Source: an uncultured Gammaproteobacteria bacterium
GTDB lineage: Bacteria > Patescibacteriota > Microgenomatia > UBA1406 > GWC2-37-13
Length of the DNA stretch: 64,000 bases
Assembly: GCA_964542665.1 (NCBI GenBank)
Contig: CAZIUF010000001.1
Span: forward strand, 21,549 to 85,548
Reading direction: 5' to 3'
Shown: in pieces, positions 54,802 through 63,286 of the stretch
How positions within the stretch are numbered: the first letter of the stretch is position 1
Layout of the letters: every line of letters begins with the position of its first letter
Position numbers and translations under genes: made by a program
Notes under the pieces: model-generated
What the model saw: only the letters and a program-made list of their open reading frames with translations
What the model was told of the DNA's origin: nothing
Databases searched by the model: none

Positions 54802-55950
54802 GTGAGCACTATTGCTGATGCAGTCAAAAATGATCGGAAAGTCGATGAGTTAGACGTCCACACGAACAAAGCTCACAATCTACAGGAAACACTGGGAATA
54901 GCTGCCATCCTTGCGATCCTCTATTTCTTTGCAAATCAATTTGGCATCCTGCCCGATAATTTGACTGGTGCAGGAACGTCGATCAGTGGAGCATTTATCT
55001 TGGGTCTGATTGCTTCCGTCTCCACGTGTATGGCCACAACAGGCGCACTTTTCACGAGCTTTGTGAATAAACAGACGAAAACCAGCACTCTGCAAGTTGC
55101 GCTCTTGTTTATGATTGGAAGAGTCGTGAGTTATGGAATATTTGGGTATATATTGGGATTGTTTGGGTCATTGTTCCTGGGTATCGTTCATCTTGGGTCA
55201 ACATTTAGTTTTGTGATGGCTGCTGTTCTCATCCTCGTGGGACTAGATATGCTTCAGATCATCTCGCTTCATGCGGTACTCTCTCGGATCCCAGGTGGCA
55301 ACCTGATATTTAATCTCCAAGAAAAGAAGTATGCAGCAAATCGCGTGGGGCTCATCGCAGCTGTCTTGGGAGCGCTCACCTACCTATTGCCCTGCGGCTT
55401 CACCCTCTCAACCCAAGCATATGCATTGTCACTCGGTAATCCTATCCAAAGCTCACTCCTTATGATGGCATTTGCTCTCGGAACACTTCCGGCGCTTGGC
55501 TTTATCACTGTCCTCTCTCACCTGAGAACACAGTCTATATATCAGTACTTTCTCAAGGTCGTTGCGATCTTGATCATTGCTGTTGGCCTGAGTTATATGG
55601 TAAATACTGCTCAACTCTATGGATTCAGTTTTGGCCAATCAACAACGCAAGATTCTGCAGAATCCCTTGCGCCGATTGAAAATGGTAAACAAATAGTCAG
55701 GATGACAGCCCAATCAAGTGGATACTCACCAAGTCAGTTCACTGTCAAAGTTGGCATCCCCGTCCGATGGGAGATCGAGGGTAAGGAAATATTTAGTTGT
55801 GCGGGCACTATCCAAGCGCCTGGAGCTGGAGTACCTCTCACCAATCTCAAAGAGGGTAAAAACGTACTTGAGTTCACCCCTACAAAAACGGGAGATATAA
55901 ACTTCTCCTGTAGTATGGGGATGTTTAGTGGGAGATTTAAAGTAATCTAA
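54802..55950 (+). CDS. DsbD_2/TauE-like membrane protein with a C-terminal cupredoxin-like domain
   Basis: GTG start one codon after the HMA stop, in the same frame. SVSTCMATTG and LLPCGFTL membrane Cys motifs. C-terminal YSPSQFTVKVGIPVRWEI...FSCSMGMFSGRFKV. Confidence 0.75.
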   Translation: MSTIADAVKNDRKVDELDVHTNKAHNLQETLGIAAILAILYFFANQFGILPDNLTGAGTSISGAFILGLIASVSTCMATTGALFTSFVNKQTKTSTLQVALLFMIGRVVSYGIFGYILGLFGSLFLGIVHLGSTFSFVMAAVLILVGLDMLQIISLHAVLSRIPGGNLIFNLQEKKYAANRVGLIAAVLGALTYLLPCGFTLSTQAYALSLGNPIQSSLLMMAFALGTLPALGFITVLSHLRTQSIYQYFLKVVAILIIAVGLSYMVNTAQLYGFSFGQSTTQDSAESLAPIENGKQIVRMTAQSSGYSPSQFTVKVGIPVRWEIEGKEIFSCAGTIQAPGAGVPLTNLKEGKNVLEFTPTKTGDINFSCSMGMFSGRFKVI

Positions 55951-55996
55951 GAGCTACATTGCGAGAATAAAACGGCCGTGCAATCTCACTTACAGC

Positions 55997-56266
55997 CTAG
56001 TTTGTCTGCAAGTCACTCATCGTGTCATTGAGATCAGTCATATCAATTGAATTGATTGTTGCATCGAGATCGTCAATGTTTACTTCTACGATTGCAACGG
56101 TTGGGGTAATTGACGCTTCGGTTGGTGCACCACTAGTGGATGATGATGCTGACTCTTTATATTTCAGTGGGTTTCCACCAGGTGTTTTTTGATTAATCAC
56201 ATAATATCCGAGTCCAAGCGCAAAGACGAGCGTGATCAAGATGATGGGCACAAGTAGTTGTTTCAT
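55997..56266 (-). CDS. membrane-anchored hypothetical protein (89 aa)
   Basis: MKQLLVPIILITLVFALGLGYYVI anchor and an acidic tail. Confidence 0.5.
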   Translation of the reverse strand: MKQLLVPIILITLVFALGLGYYVINQKTPGGNPLKYKESASSSTSGAPTEASITPTVAIVEVNIDDLDATINSIDMTDLNDTMSDLQTN

Positions 56267-56312
56267 AGTGACGTGGATAAATTGATTATAGGTGCATCAT
56301 AACACAAACATC

Positions 56313-56353
56313 AGGTGGCCCTCACCTGCCACATGACATCGTGAGGGCCACCT
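56313..56353. terminator. 13-bp perfect hairpin between two minus-strand genes (no clear U-tract)
   Basis: AGGTGGCCCTCAC-N15-GTGAGGGCCACCT. Confidence 0.5.
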
Positions 56354-56365
56354 TGGTACTAAATA

Positions 56366-57085
56366 CTATTCTATTGGTTCTGCTGTTGGCGTGACCTTAG
56401 CAGGTGGCGTGATCAACGCCTTCAAGGCATCCAGATTTGGCTTAAGCGTATCCTTGATAAATGAGATAATATCTTTGGCATCTGCAAAGACTACCTTTTG
56501 GGCATCTCGTGCTGCTTCTAGGGCTGCTTTAAACTCACCTTGTGATTCACCACATACAAATGATTTGGTAGCTTTGAGTTTTTCCATATAGGCAGCGTGA
56601 TCGGCGGCAAGCTTATCTATCTTTGTCTGGAGAGTCACCAGATTTGCTTCAAGAGTTGCGACATCGACACCTCGAGCCTTGAGCTTCGTGATGCGCTCTT
56701 GCACTCGCTCTTTGATCGTCATGAAAACTTTTATGCGACCATTGTGATCACTTTCAAATTTTTCAATGCGTTTATCAATATTTTCAGTGACCTTGCTGCA
56801 GCGTTCAGTGACATTTTCTTTTCTTTGCTCTTTTGCTTCCTCACGCACATTTTCTCGTTTTTCTTTTGCTTCCTCGCGGATATCTTCTCGCTTTTCTTTT
56901 GCAGCTTCACGTTGAGCAGCTAAAGTCTCTCGGACTTTCTCCTGCTCCTCTTTGATCCGTTCACGTGCTTCTTCTTGTGCTTTTCGAAGCGTCTCGCTAG
57001 ACGAGGTAACTGCTTGTACAGAAGAGAACATTCCACACAACACTAACAAGGAAAGTGCAGAAAGGACAATGTGCTTCATTTTCAT
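56366..57085 (-). CDS. secreted coiled-coil protein with an 11-aa tandem repeat
   Basis: Signal peptide MKMKHIVLSALSLLVLCGMFSSVQA, a highly charged helical sequence, and AKEKRE(D/N)(I/V)REE repeats. Confidence 0.6.
   Translation of the reverse strand: MKMKHIVLSALSLLVLCGMFSSVQAVTSSSETLRKAQEEARERIKEEQEKVRETLAAQREAAKEKREDIREEAKEKRENVREEAKEQRKENVTERCSKVTENIDKRIEKFESDHNGRIKVFMTIKERVQERITKLKARGVDVATLEANLVTLQTKIDKLAADHAAYMEKLKATKSFVCGESQGEFKAALEAARDAQKVVFADAKDIISFIKDTLKPNLDALKALITPPAKVTPTAEPIE
56804..56902 (-). repeat. 3 x 33-nt in-frame tandem repeat
   Basis: Encodes AKEKREDIREE / AKEKRENVREE / AKEQRKENVTE. Unit boundaries were checked codon by codon. Confidence 0.85.
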
Positions 57086-57139
57086 AAGATGAAATAATTA
57101 GTATCTAAAGAGTAATATGCAGCAGATGTCCAAATAGTT

Positions 57140-57634
57140 TCATTTAGCCGAAATCAGTGCTTGATCAAGCCATGTATGAAGTGATTCTTGTGCTGTGGGC
57201 GTGTGAAAATAGTATCCATCTATCCGTAGGAGTTCCGACACTATGTGTGCATGTGAAACTGTGAGAAAATCAGCAAGGATATCTACTGCTCCACAAAATA
57301 CTGGATACTTTTTATCACCAAGCCCAAACACAGCGCACGGTTTATTTTGCAAATCTAGAGTGCTTGTTCTTTGTTTCGCATCAACATCATATCCGTATTG
57401 CTTAAACAAAGAGAAGAAGTCATAGTGGGGTTGGCCATTGTGCTTAAAGTTGTCCCGTTCCCAACTTGGAGAACCCATGATCAGCAAATCGGGTCCTTTT
57501 AAATCTTTTTCTTGCACATCTTTGACTAAAATGATCTTGCATGTGTGCCCCAAACCCGTGCAGAGTTCTTGAATATATTCAGCAGCGGACAATGTACCTG
57601 AGGAAAATGTGGCGTATACGAGATGTATGAGCAT
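57140..57634 (-). CDS. flavodoxin-like protein
   Basis: IHLVYATFSSGTLSAAEYI is the typical flavodoxin N-terminal FMN-loop position, plus FGLGDKKY. Confidence 0.55.
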   Translation of the reverse strand: MLIHLVYATFSSGTLSAAEYIQELCTGLGHTCKIILVKDVQEKDLKGPDLLIMGSPSWERDNFKHNGQPHYDFFSLFKQYGYDVDAKQRTSTLDLQNKPCAVFGLGDKKYPVFCGAVDILADFLTVSHAHIVSELLRIDGYYFHTPTAQESLHTWLDQALISAK

Positions 57635-57679
57635 TACTTCATTATACAGAGAAATTGATGCAGTCGACGTATCCTCACA

Positions 57680-58009
57680 TCACTTTTCACTTTTCTCTTT
57701 TGGTTCTTTCATGATGAGCGAAACTGCTTTGTTGATGATAAAGTAAACAATAGTTAGAAGAATGAGAAAGTATATAAGGCTATTCAAAAATAATCCGACT
57801 TTGATCGTGTCAAAGATCGTAAACTCTGAAAAGGCTCCTCTACTGCCCAGTATCATACCGATGATGGGGTTGATGATGTTATCTACCAAACTACCCACAA
57901 GTCTTGTTGCAGCACCACCAACGATGACACCAACTGCGAGACCAACGATATTTTGAGTACGAACAAAGTTCTTAAACCCATCGAGTTCAGCCCGTGCTTT
58001 GCTATACAT
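57680..58009 (-). CDS. mscL: large-conductance mechanosensitive channel
   Basis: GFKNFVRTQNIVGLAVGVIVGGA...LVDNIINPIIG. Confidence 0.9.
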   Translation of the reverse strand: MYSKARAELDGFKNFVRTQNIVGLAVGVIVGGAATRLVGSLVDNIINPIIGMILGSRGAFSEFTIFDTIKVGLFLNSLIYFLILLTIVYFIINKAVSLIMKEPKEKSEK

Positions 58010-58058
58010 ACATATTTAGAAATACTAATAGGGAAAGTATATCGTAAAACTATTGTGC

Positions 58059-58943
58059 TTAAATCTGTAGTAATGTCTCGATCACTTTTTGGGCCAGTGC
58101 AATAGTCCTGCCTGCACCTGGTTTGTGTGGGTTCACCTCGACGAGGTCCATCGAGAGATGTTTGGCTTTTGCAAACTCTTCAAGCAGTGGAAATACTTGG
58201 GCTGGATCAAGTCCGTCAGGAGCAGGTGTGCCTGTGGCAGGAGCAAGGGCAACATCAAATACATCTATGTCAAAACTCACGTGGATATGGTCGTACTGAC
58301 TCACGAGAGAGCGCACATGGGTACGAGCACTATCAAAATCAGAGAGAAGATCTTGTTTGCCCCAAACTGAGATGTGATTGTCTCTGATATACCTCTGCTC
58401 TTCTTCCTCTATATCTAGATTGCCATAAAAAGTGATGCTATGTGGATCAAGACGACGACCAACCAGGGCATCGATCGATGGTTCACCAATACCTGTGGTC
58501 AATGCTCGAGCCCACATCCCATGGAAGTTGCCTGTTGGTGAGGTGTTGAGCAGATGTAGATCTCCGTGTGAGTCAAAGTGCACACTTGCAAAGGTATGAT
58601 CTGAAGGAAGGCGACGTAAGAGTGCGAGAGTTGAACAAAAAGCCACACTATGATCGCCGCCGAGAACAACTTGTACTTGATCTGGACGAAGCTGGTCGTT
58701 GATTTGTTGGGTAAAAAGATCACTTTCTCTGGCTAAAACCTCCATGTACACCTTTTTATCAATCGACTCAGGCGATGAAAACTGAAAGTGGGACATCGAG
58801 TAATTCGATTGGAGTTGGGTCAAAAATGCTGGGCTTAGAACTGCATCGGGCCCATCCTCTACACCGATATTCACCTCATTTGACTTACTAGGTATATGTG
58901 CGAGTCCGAGACGAGATGAGGCTTTGAAAAAATGGATGTGCAT
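58059..58943 (-). CDS. arginase/agmatinase/formiminoglutamase family hydrolase
   Basis: GGDHSV, HFDSHGDL and SFDIDVFD metal-binding motifs. ATG at 58943. Confidence 0.85.
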   Translation of the reverse strand: MHIHFFKASSRLGLAHIPSKSNEVNIGVEDGPDAVLSPAFLTQLQSNYSMSHFQFSSPESIDKKVYMEVLARESDLFTQQINDQLRPDQVQVVLGGDHSVAFCSTLALLRRLPSDHTFASVHFDSHGDLHLLNTSPTGNFHGMWARALTTGIGEPSIDALVGRRLDPHSITFYGNLDIEEEEQRYIRDNHISVWGKQDLLSDFDSARTHVRSLVSQYDHIHVSFDIDVFDVALAPATGTPAPDGLDPAQVFPLLEEFAKAKHLSMDLVEVNPHKPGAGRTIALAQKVIETLLQI

Positions 58944-58954
58944 AGGATATATGA

Positions 58955-59380
58955 TCAAGGAGTAAATGTAGGATCCAAGGCCTTGAGCTTACGCGTGAGT
59001 GAGTCTACCGAAGTCTTGTCTTGCATCTGATCCGCAATCATAAGAAGTTGATAGTTGAGTTCTCGACTATCTGGTTGACGAACGAGTAATGATTGGATTC
59101 TGTCTCGATGAGCAAGTCTTAGGGTATAGGGGCTCGTTAGATCGTCACTATTTGTGCTATATGTGTCTGCATACAAACGTGCAAGAGTAGACCAGTCTCG
59201 ATCAACGATGAGTGTGGCTGCGACCAATTTGGGTTGTAGAAGCAATTGAGCAAAACGATTGAGGACACGGCGTCCTGTCGAAGCTGTGAGCCACACACTA
59301 TACCCTCCCCACGCAAGAAGTAGCAGAAAAATGAAAAACCAACGATATGCACGGATCTGTGTAATCAACATCGTGCGCAT
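58955..59380 (-). CDS. membrane-anchored hypothetical protein (141 aa)
   Basis: One N-terminal TM helix (WFFIFLLLLAWGGYSVWL). Its stop abuts the arginase-family gene. Confidence 0.5.
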   Translation of the reverse strand: MRTMLITQIRAYRWFFIFLLLLAWGGYSVWLTASTGRRVLNRFAQLLLQPKLVAATLIVDRDWSTLARLYADTYSTNSDDLTSPYTLRLAHRDRIQSLLVRQPDSRELNYQLLMIADQMQDKTSVDSLTRKLKALDPTFTP

Positions 59381-59461
59381 AGTATCATATAAAGAGTATT
59401 TGTCGCAATAAGTTAGAAATATGTTGAGCTTGCAGAGTGGCCTATCGACGAACTACAATGG

Positions 59462-61825
59462 ATGTCTATGGATTCCTTTAAGCCGATCATAGATGCAACG
59501 ATCAATGTGCTCATTGTGGGGGCGTTTTTGATGACGTCCGGAGCGGTTGCAGGAGTCGTAGCCTATCTTTTCATCTTTTACGCACGACTTCGTAAGCGCA
59601 TGCAGATCTCGCTTGAGATGACCACGCTTGAAATACAGCTCACTCGCGATAACGAGATCAAGATAGATGCTGCCGAACAAATGTTTTCGTCATTGGGCGG
59701 GATTAAGAAAACTGGGTTTTTTAAGTTCCTCGAGGTTGAAGATGTGATCGCATTTGAAATCGTGGGGCGCAAAGGTGAGATCCGTTTTTATGTATCTGCG
59801 CCAAATAAGCTGATTGATTTGGTTGAGAAAACGATTTACTCGTACTATCCGTCTTCCAATATTCATAAGGTGGATGAGCCAAACATATTTACGCAAGAAG
59901 GAAAGGTTTCCTATGGCTGCCTTGTCCAAAAGAGTAAATCCTACATGCCTATCAAGACCTATCGAGAGATCCCTACAGATACGCTTTCCTCTATCCTCTC
60001 AGCGGTTTCCAAGATGGGAGATGGCGAGGGGGCGATGATTCAGTTGCTTATCCGACCTTCAGATGGCAAATGGAAATCCAAGGGCAAAGAATATATAGCC
60101 GATTCGAAGAGGAAAGAATCCACTCCCGACAAGGCAACGTATAAAACTGATCCGAAGATGCTCGAGAAAATCGATGAGAAAGTCACGCGGATGGGATTTG
60201 AGACGATCATCAGATATGTTGTCTGCTCGCCTACCAAAGAGATGGCCGAGGTGCATGTGCGCAATCTGAAATCGGCCTATTCTCAGTTCAATTCGGATTT
60301 GAACTCGCTGACCAAACCAAAAATCACTTTCAAGGGTCCATTCATGACCAACTTCATCTATCGGTTCTTCCCGATGGTTGAACTGATCCCTTATGGCAAG
60401 CTCGTGTCTATCTTTTCAACTGATGAGCTCGCGAGCTTTTTCCATTTCCCCAACAAGTCAGTCGAGGCACCCAACGTCATGTGGCTCAAAGCAAAAACTT
60501 CAGCTGTCTCTGCGGAAGTTCCAAGTGAGGGAGGTACGATGGTCGGTGTGGCTCAGTATCGAGGGGTCCGGCGACCAGTGCATATCCTCATGAAAGATCG
60601 TATGCGTCACTGCTATATCATCGGTCGTACGGGTACCGGTAAATCAGAGCTATTGATTGAGATGATCCGACAAGATATCCGTGCAGGATTTGGCGTATGC
60701 GTGATCGATCCACATGGAGATCTCATCGATGATGTACTCCGCTTTATCCCGCCTCAACGTGCAGAAGATGTGATTTTATTTGATCCATCTGACACTGATC
60801 GTCCTATCGGTCTCAACTTACTTGAGTCGGCAACAGAGGAAGAAAAGCACTTCATCACCGGAGCAATCATCAACCTCATGTATAAACTGTACGATCCTCA
60901 GCGCACGGGTATCATCGGTCCACGATTTGAACACGCGGTCCGCAATGCTATGTTAACGATCATGTGTGAGCCAGGCGCGACCTTCGTCGAGATCGTTCGT
61001 ATCATGACTGATCCAAAGTATGTGCAAGAACTATTGCCGAAAGTCAAAGATCCCATCATCCGTCGCTATTGGACTGATCAGATAGCCCAGACTTCAGACT
61101 TTCATAAGTCCGAGGTGCTTGACTATATCGTCTCAAAGTTCGGAAAATTCATCACCAACACCATGATGCGTAACATCATCGGTCAATCAAAGTCATCTTT
61201 TGATTTCCGCAAAGTCATGGATGAAGGAAAAATATTGCTCGTCAATCTGTCAAAGGGAAAAATGGGTGAAGAGAACTCGACTTTCTTAGGTCTCCTAGTT
61301 GTGCCAAAGATCCTTGCGGCAGCCATGAGTCGCGTTGATATGCCACAAGACAAGCGTCGTGAGTTCTTCCTCTATGTCGACGAGTTCCAAAACTTTGCAA
61401 CTCCTGATTTCGCCACCATTCTCTCTGAAGCGAGAAAGTATAAACTCGCGCTCACCGTCGCGAATCAGTTCATCGGTCAGATGGATGAAGAAGTGAAAAA
61501 TGCCGTATTTGGAAACGTCGGTACTCAAATGGTGTTGCGAACTGGCGTCACTGATGCAAGCTTTCTGCAGCGTGAGTTCCAGCCGTACTTCAATGAGACA
61601 GACATCGTTAATCAAGAAAGATTCCATGCCTATATGAAAACGATCGTAAACAACGAACCTGTGCCTCCTTTCTCCATCGACATGACCAAAGACTACGCCA
61701 AACATATGGCAGATCGCGAAGCAGGTGAGAAGATCGCTCAAGCCATCATGCAACTTTCACGACTCAAGTATGGTCGTCCAAAGGAGATCGTCGAGGCAGA
61801 GATAGTGCAACGCGCGAGGTTGTAA
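59462..61825 (+). CDS. VirD4/TraD-like type IV coupling-protein family ATPase with an N-terminal membrane anchor
   Basis: HCYIIGRTGTGKSEL (Walker A), VCVIDPHGDL, FFLYVDEFQNF (Walker B) and TVANQFIGQM. Confidence 0.75.
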   Translation: MSMDSFKPIIDATINVLIVGAFLMTSGAVAGVVAYLFIFYARLRKRMQISLEMTTLEIQLTRDNEIKIDAAEQMFSSLGGIKKTGFFKFLEVEDVIAFEIVGRKGEIRFYVSAPNKLIDLVEKTIYSYYPSSNIHKVDEPNIFTQEGKVSYGCLVQKSKSYMPIKTYREIPTDTLSSILSAVSKMGDGEGAMIQLLIRPSDGKWKSKGKEYIADSKRKESTPDKATYKTDPKMLEKIDEKVTRMGFETIIRYVVCSPTKEMAEVHVRNLKSAYSQFNSDLNSLTKPKITFKGPFMTNFIYRFFPMVELIPYGKLVSIFSTDELASFFHFPNKSVEAPNVMWLKAKTSAVSAEVPSEGGTMVGVAQYRGVRRPVHILMKDRMRHCYIIGRTGTGKSELLIEMIRQDIRAGFGVCVIDPHGDLIDDVLRFIPPQRAEDVILFDPSDTDRPIGLNLLESATEEEKHFITGAIINLMYKLYDPQRTGIIGPRFEHAVRNAMLTIMCEPGATFVEIVRIMTDPKYVQELLPKVKDPIIRRYWTDQIAQTSDFHKSEVLDYIVSKFGKFITNTMMRNIIGQSKSSFDFRKVMDEGKILLVNLSKGKMGEENSTFLGLLVVPKILAAAMSRVDMPQDKRREFFLYVDEFQNFATPDFATILSEARKYKLALTVANQFIGQMDEEVKNAVFGNVGTQMVLRTGVTDASFLQREFQPYFNETDIVNQERFHAYMKTIVNNEPVPPFSIDMTKDYAKHMADREAGEKIAQAIMQLSRLKYGRPKEIVEAEIVQRARL

Positions 61826-61895
61826 TATTGACCAGCCTCAGGCTCTATCTCACATAACTGCGTTTTGCCAAGTTGTAAACTCAACCAAAGATATA

Positions 61896-62339
61896 CTACG
61901 TAGGACTTGGTGTGGGAGGAACAGGCGTTTCAGTTGGAGTCAGTGTTACCGTTGGCGTCAAAGATGGAGTGGGTGTCTGCGTAAGTGTTGGGGTCAGTGT
62001 CAGAGTTGGCGTAGTGGTCACTGTTGCGGTTGGTACTGTTGATGGGCTTGGGGTGAGGGTTGATGTGGGTACTTTAGTTGGTGTCACAGTCATCTTCTTT
62101 TTCGGAGTTGCAGTGATTTCTTCTGTTGGGGTAACTGCAATGGTTGTAGTCGGAGTTATGTCTTCCGCAGATGTGTTTGTTGGGCTAGTCCCTCGTCCAT
62201 ATATGAAAAATAATACTGAGAGGATGATGACCGTAACTGTGCCCAAAGCTCCAAGGATGATCACTGCCATCTTGGTGTGATTTGGTGGGATTATTTCAGG
62301 AGCAAGTGAGGCTGGAAGTGGAGAAAAGTTTTGTTCCAT
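61896..62339 (-). CDS. Thr/Pro-rich membrane-anchored protein
   Basis: One TM helix, then TPT/LTPT low-complexity sequence through to the C-terminus. Confidence 0.5.
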   Translation of the reverse strand: MEQNFSPLPASLAPEIIPPNHTKMAVIILGALGTVTVIILSVLFFIYGRGTSPTNTSAEDITPTTTIAVTPTEEITATPKKKMTVTPTKVPTSTLTPSPSTVPTATVTTTPTLTLTPTLTQTPTPSLTPTVTLTPTETPVPPTPSPT

Positions 62340-62390
62340 AGAAAAGTACTAGAACTCAATGGTACACAAAACATATCAAAATACAACACC

Positions 62391-62726
62391 TTATACTCCA
62401 AATATCTGTTTTATATCCATCCAGACTCGCTTCCAGAAACCTGCATTTTTATAAATGAGGTATCGCTGTTGCCGCGCATGATCTCTCGTGCCTTCATATG
62501 GTGGATCGATCCAACATGATAAAACAAGTGGCTCTCCGGTCCTCGCTGAGCCAACTATTGCCGTCACTCTTTTGGGACCAAATTTCTTGACATATTCCAT
62601 GGTGCCATTTTGTTTTCCTGGCGCTACTTTGTCTGGTGAAGAGATCGTAAACTCCACCATCGTTTTTTTAAAGTATCGCTCTTCAAGTCTTTTGAGTGCG
62701 TGATCGGTAAAGATGATTTGGGACAT
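62391..62726 (-). CDS. DUF4258-like protein (toxin-like fold)
   Basis: The N-terminal IIFTDHALKRLEER resembles the DUF4258 signature. Confidence 0.5.
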   Translation of the reverse strand: MSQIIFTDHALKRLEERYFKKTMVEFTISSPDKVAPGKQNGTMEYVKKFGPKRVTAIVGSARTGEPLVLSCWIDPPYEGTRDHARQQRYLIYKNAGFWKRVWMDIKQIFGV

Positions 62727-62740
62727 ATGTTGGGATCGTT

Positions 62741-63286
62741 TCAGCTAAATAGTTTTTTAAGTTGATCTAGAGCTCTGTTGCGATGCGATGTAAAAGGAAC
62801 TTTATTGTCTCTGAGATAACCCATGGTCTGATTATATCCTTCAGGGATGAAGATTGGGTCAAACCCCCATCCGCCAGGTTGTATCTCGATGCTTAGTCTC
62901 CCCTCAAGTCGTCCCTCGGCTACATGTACAGTCTGCCCATCGTGGTAAGCCATCGCGCAGATAAAGTAGGCTCGTCGATCAGTCAGTGATCGAGTCATAT
63001 CCAACATCAGCTGTGGCCCACCACATGACTCAATGTATTTGACAAAGGGCCCCGGAAAACCTTGCCATTCGTATATGAATAGACCGGCGTCATCAGTGAG
63101 CAGTGGCTTTCGGAGTATCTCGAAGGCGTCTTCGGCTTTGCGCTTTACGATATGTGATAGATCGAGCGACTGAACCTCATCCAAATGCAACTCAACCTGG
63201 GCGACTGGTTTGCCCAATCCGCGTGACACCTCTACCGCCTTACCCTTATTGCCCGTCACCATGATCAAATCACTCGTGTTTTTCAT
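62741..63286 (-). CDS. rdgB: non-canonical purine NTP pyrophosphatase (RdgB/HAM1)
   Basis: LIMVTGNKGKAVEV, DDAGL, FGWDPIF-like GWGFDPIFIP. ATG at 63286 or 63292, overlapping the aquaporin 3' end. Confidence 0.85.
   Translation of the reverse strand: MKNTSDLIMVTGNKGKAVEVSRGLGKPVAQVELHLDEVQSLDLSHIVKRKAEDAFEILRKPLLTDDAGLFIYEWQGFPGPFVKYIESCGGPQLMLDMTRSLTDRRAYFICAMAYHDGQTVHVAEGRLEGRLSIEIQPGGWGFDPIFIPEGYNQTMGYLRDNKVPFTSHRNRALDQLKKLFS

Noticed and set aside
61790-61880. A possible third 3'-end duplication: GCGAGGTTGTAA at the end of the VirD4-like gene versus GCCAAGTTGTAA 50 nt downstream
   Set aside because: The similarity is only about 10/12 nt, does not extend upstream in frame (a stop intervenes), and there is no room for cargo. 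It is compatible with chance.
61910-62110. Repetitive DNA that could be mistaken for a CRISPR or other non-coding array. The same applies to 18480-18650.
   Set aside because: The repeats are imperfect and contiguous, without unique spacers, and they translate in-frame to Thr-Pro / Ser-Pro linkers inside long ORFs.
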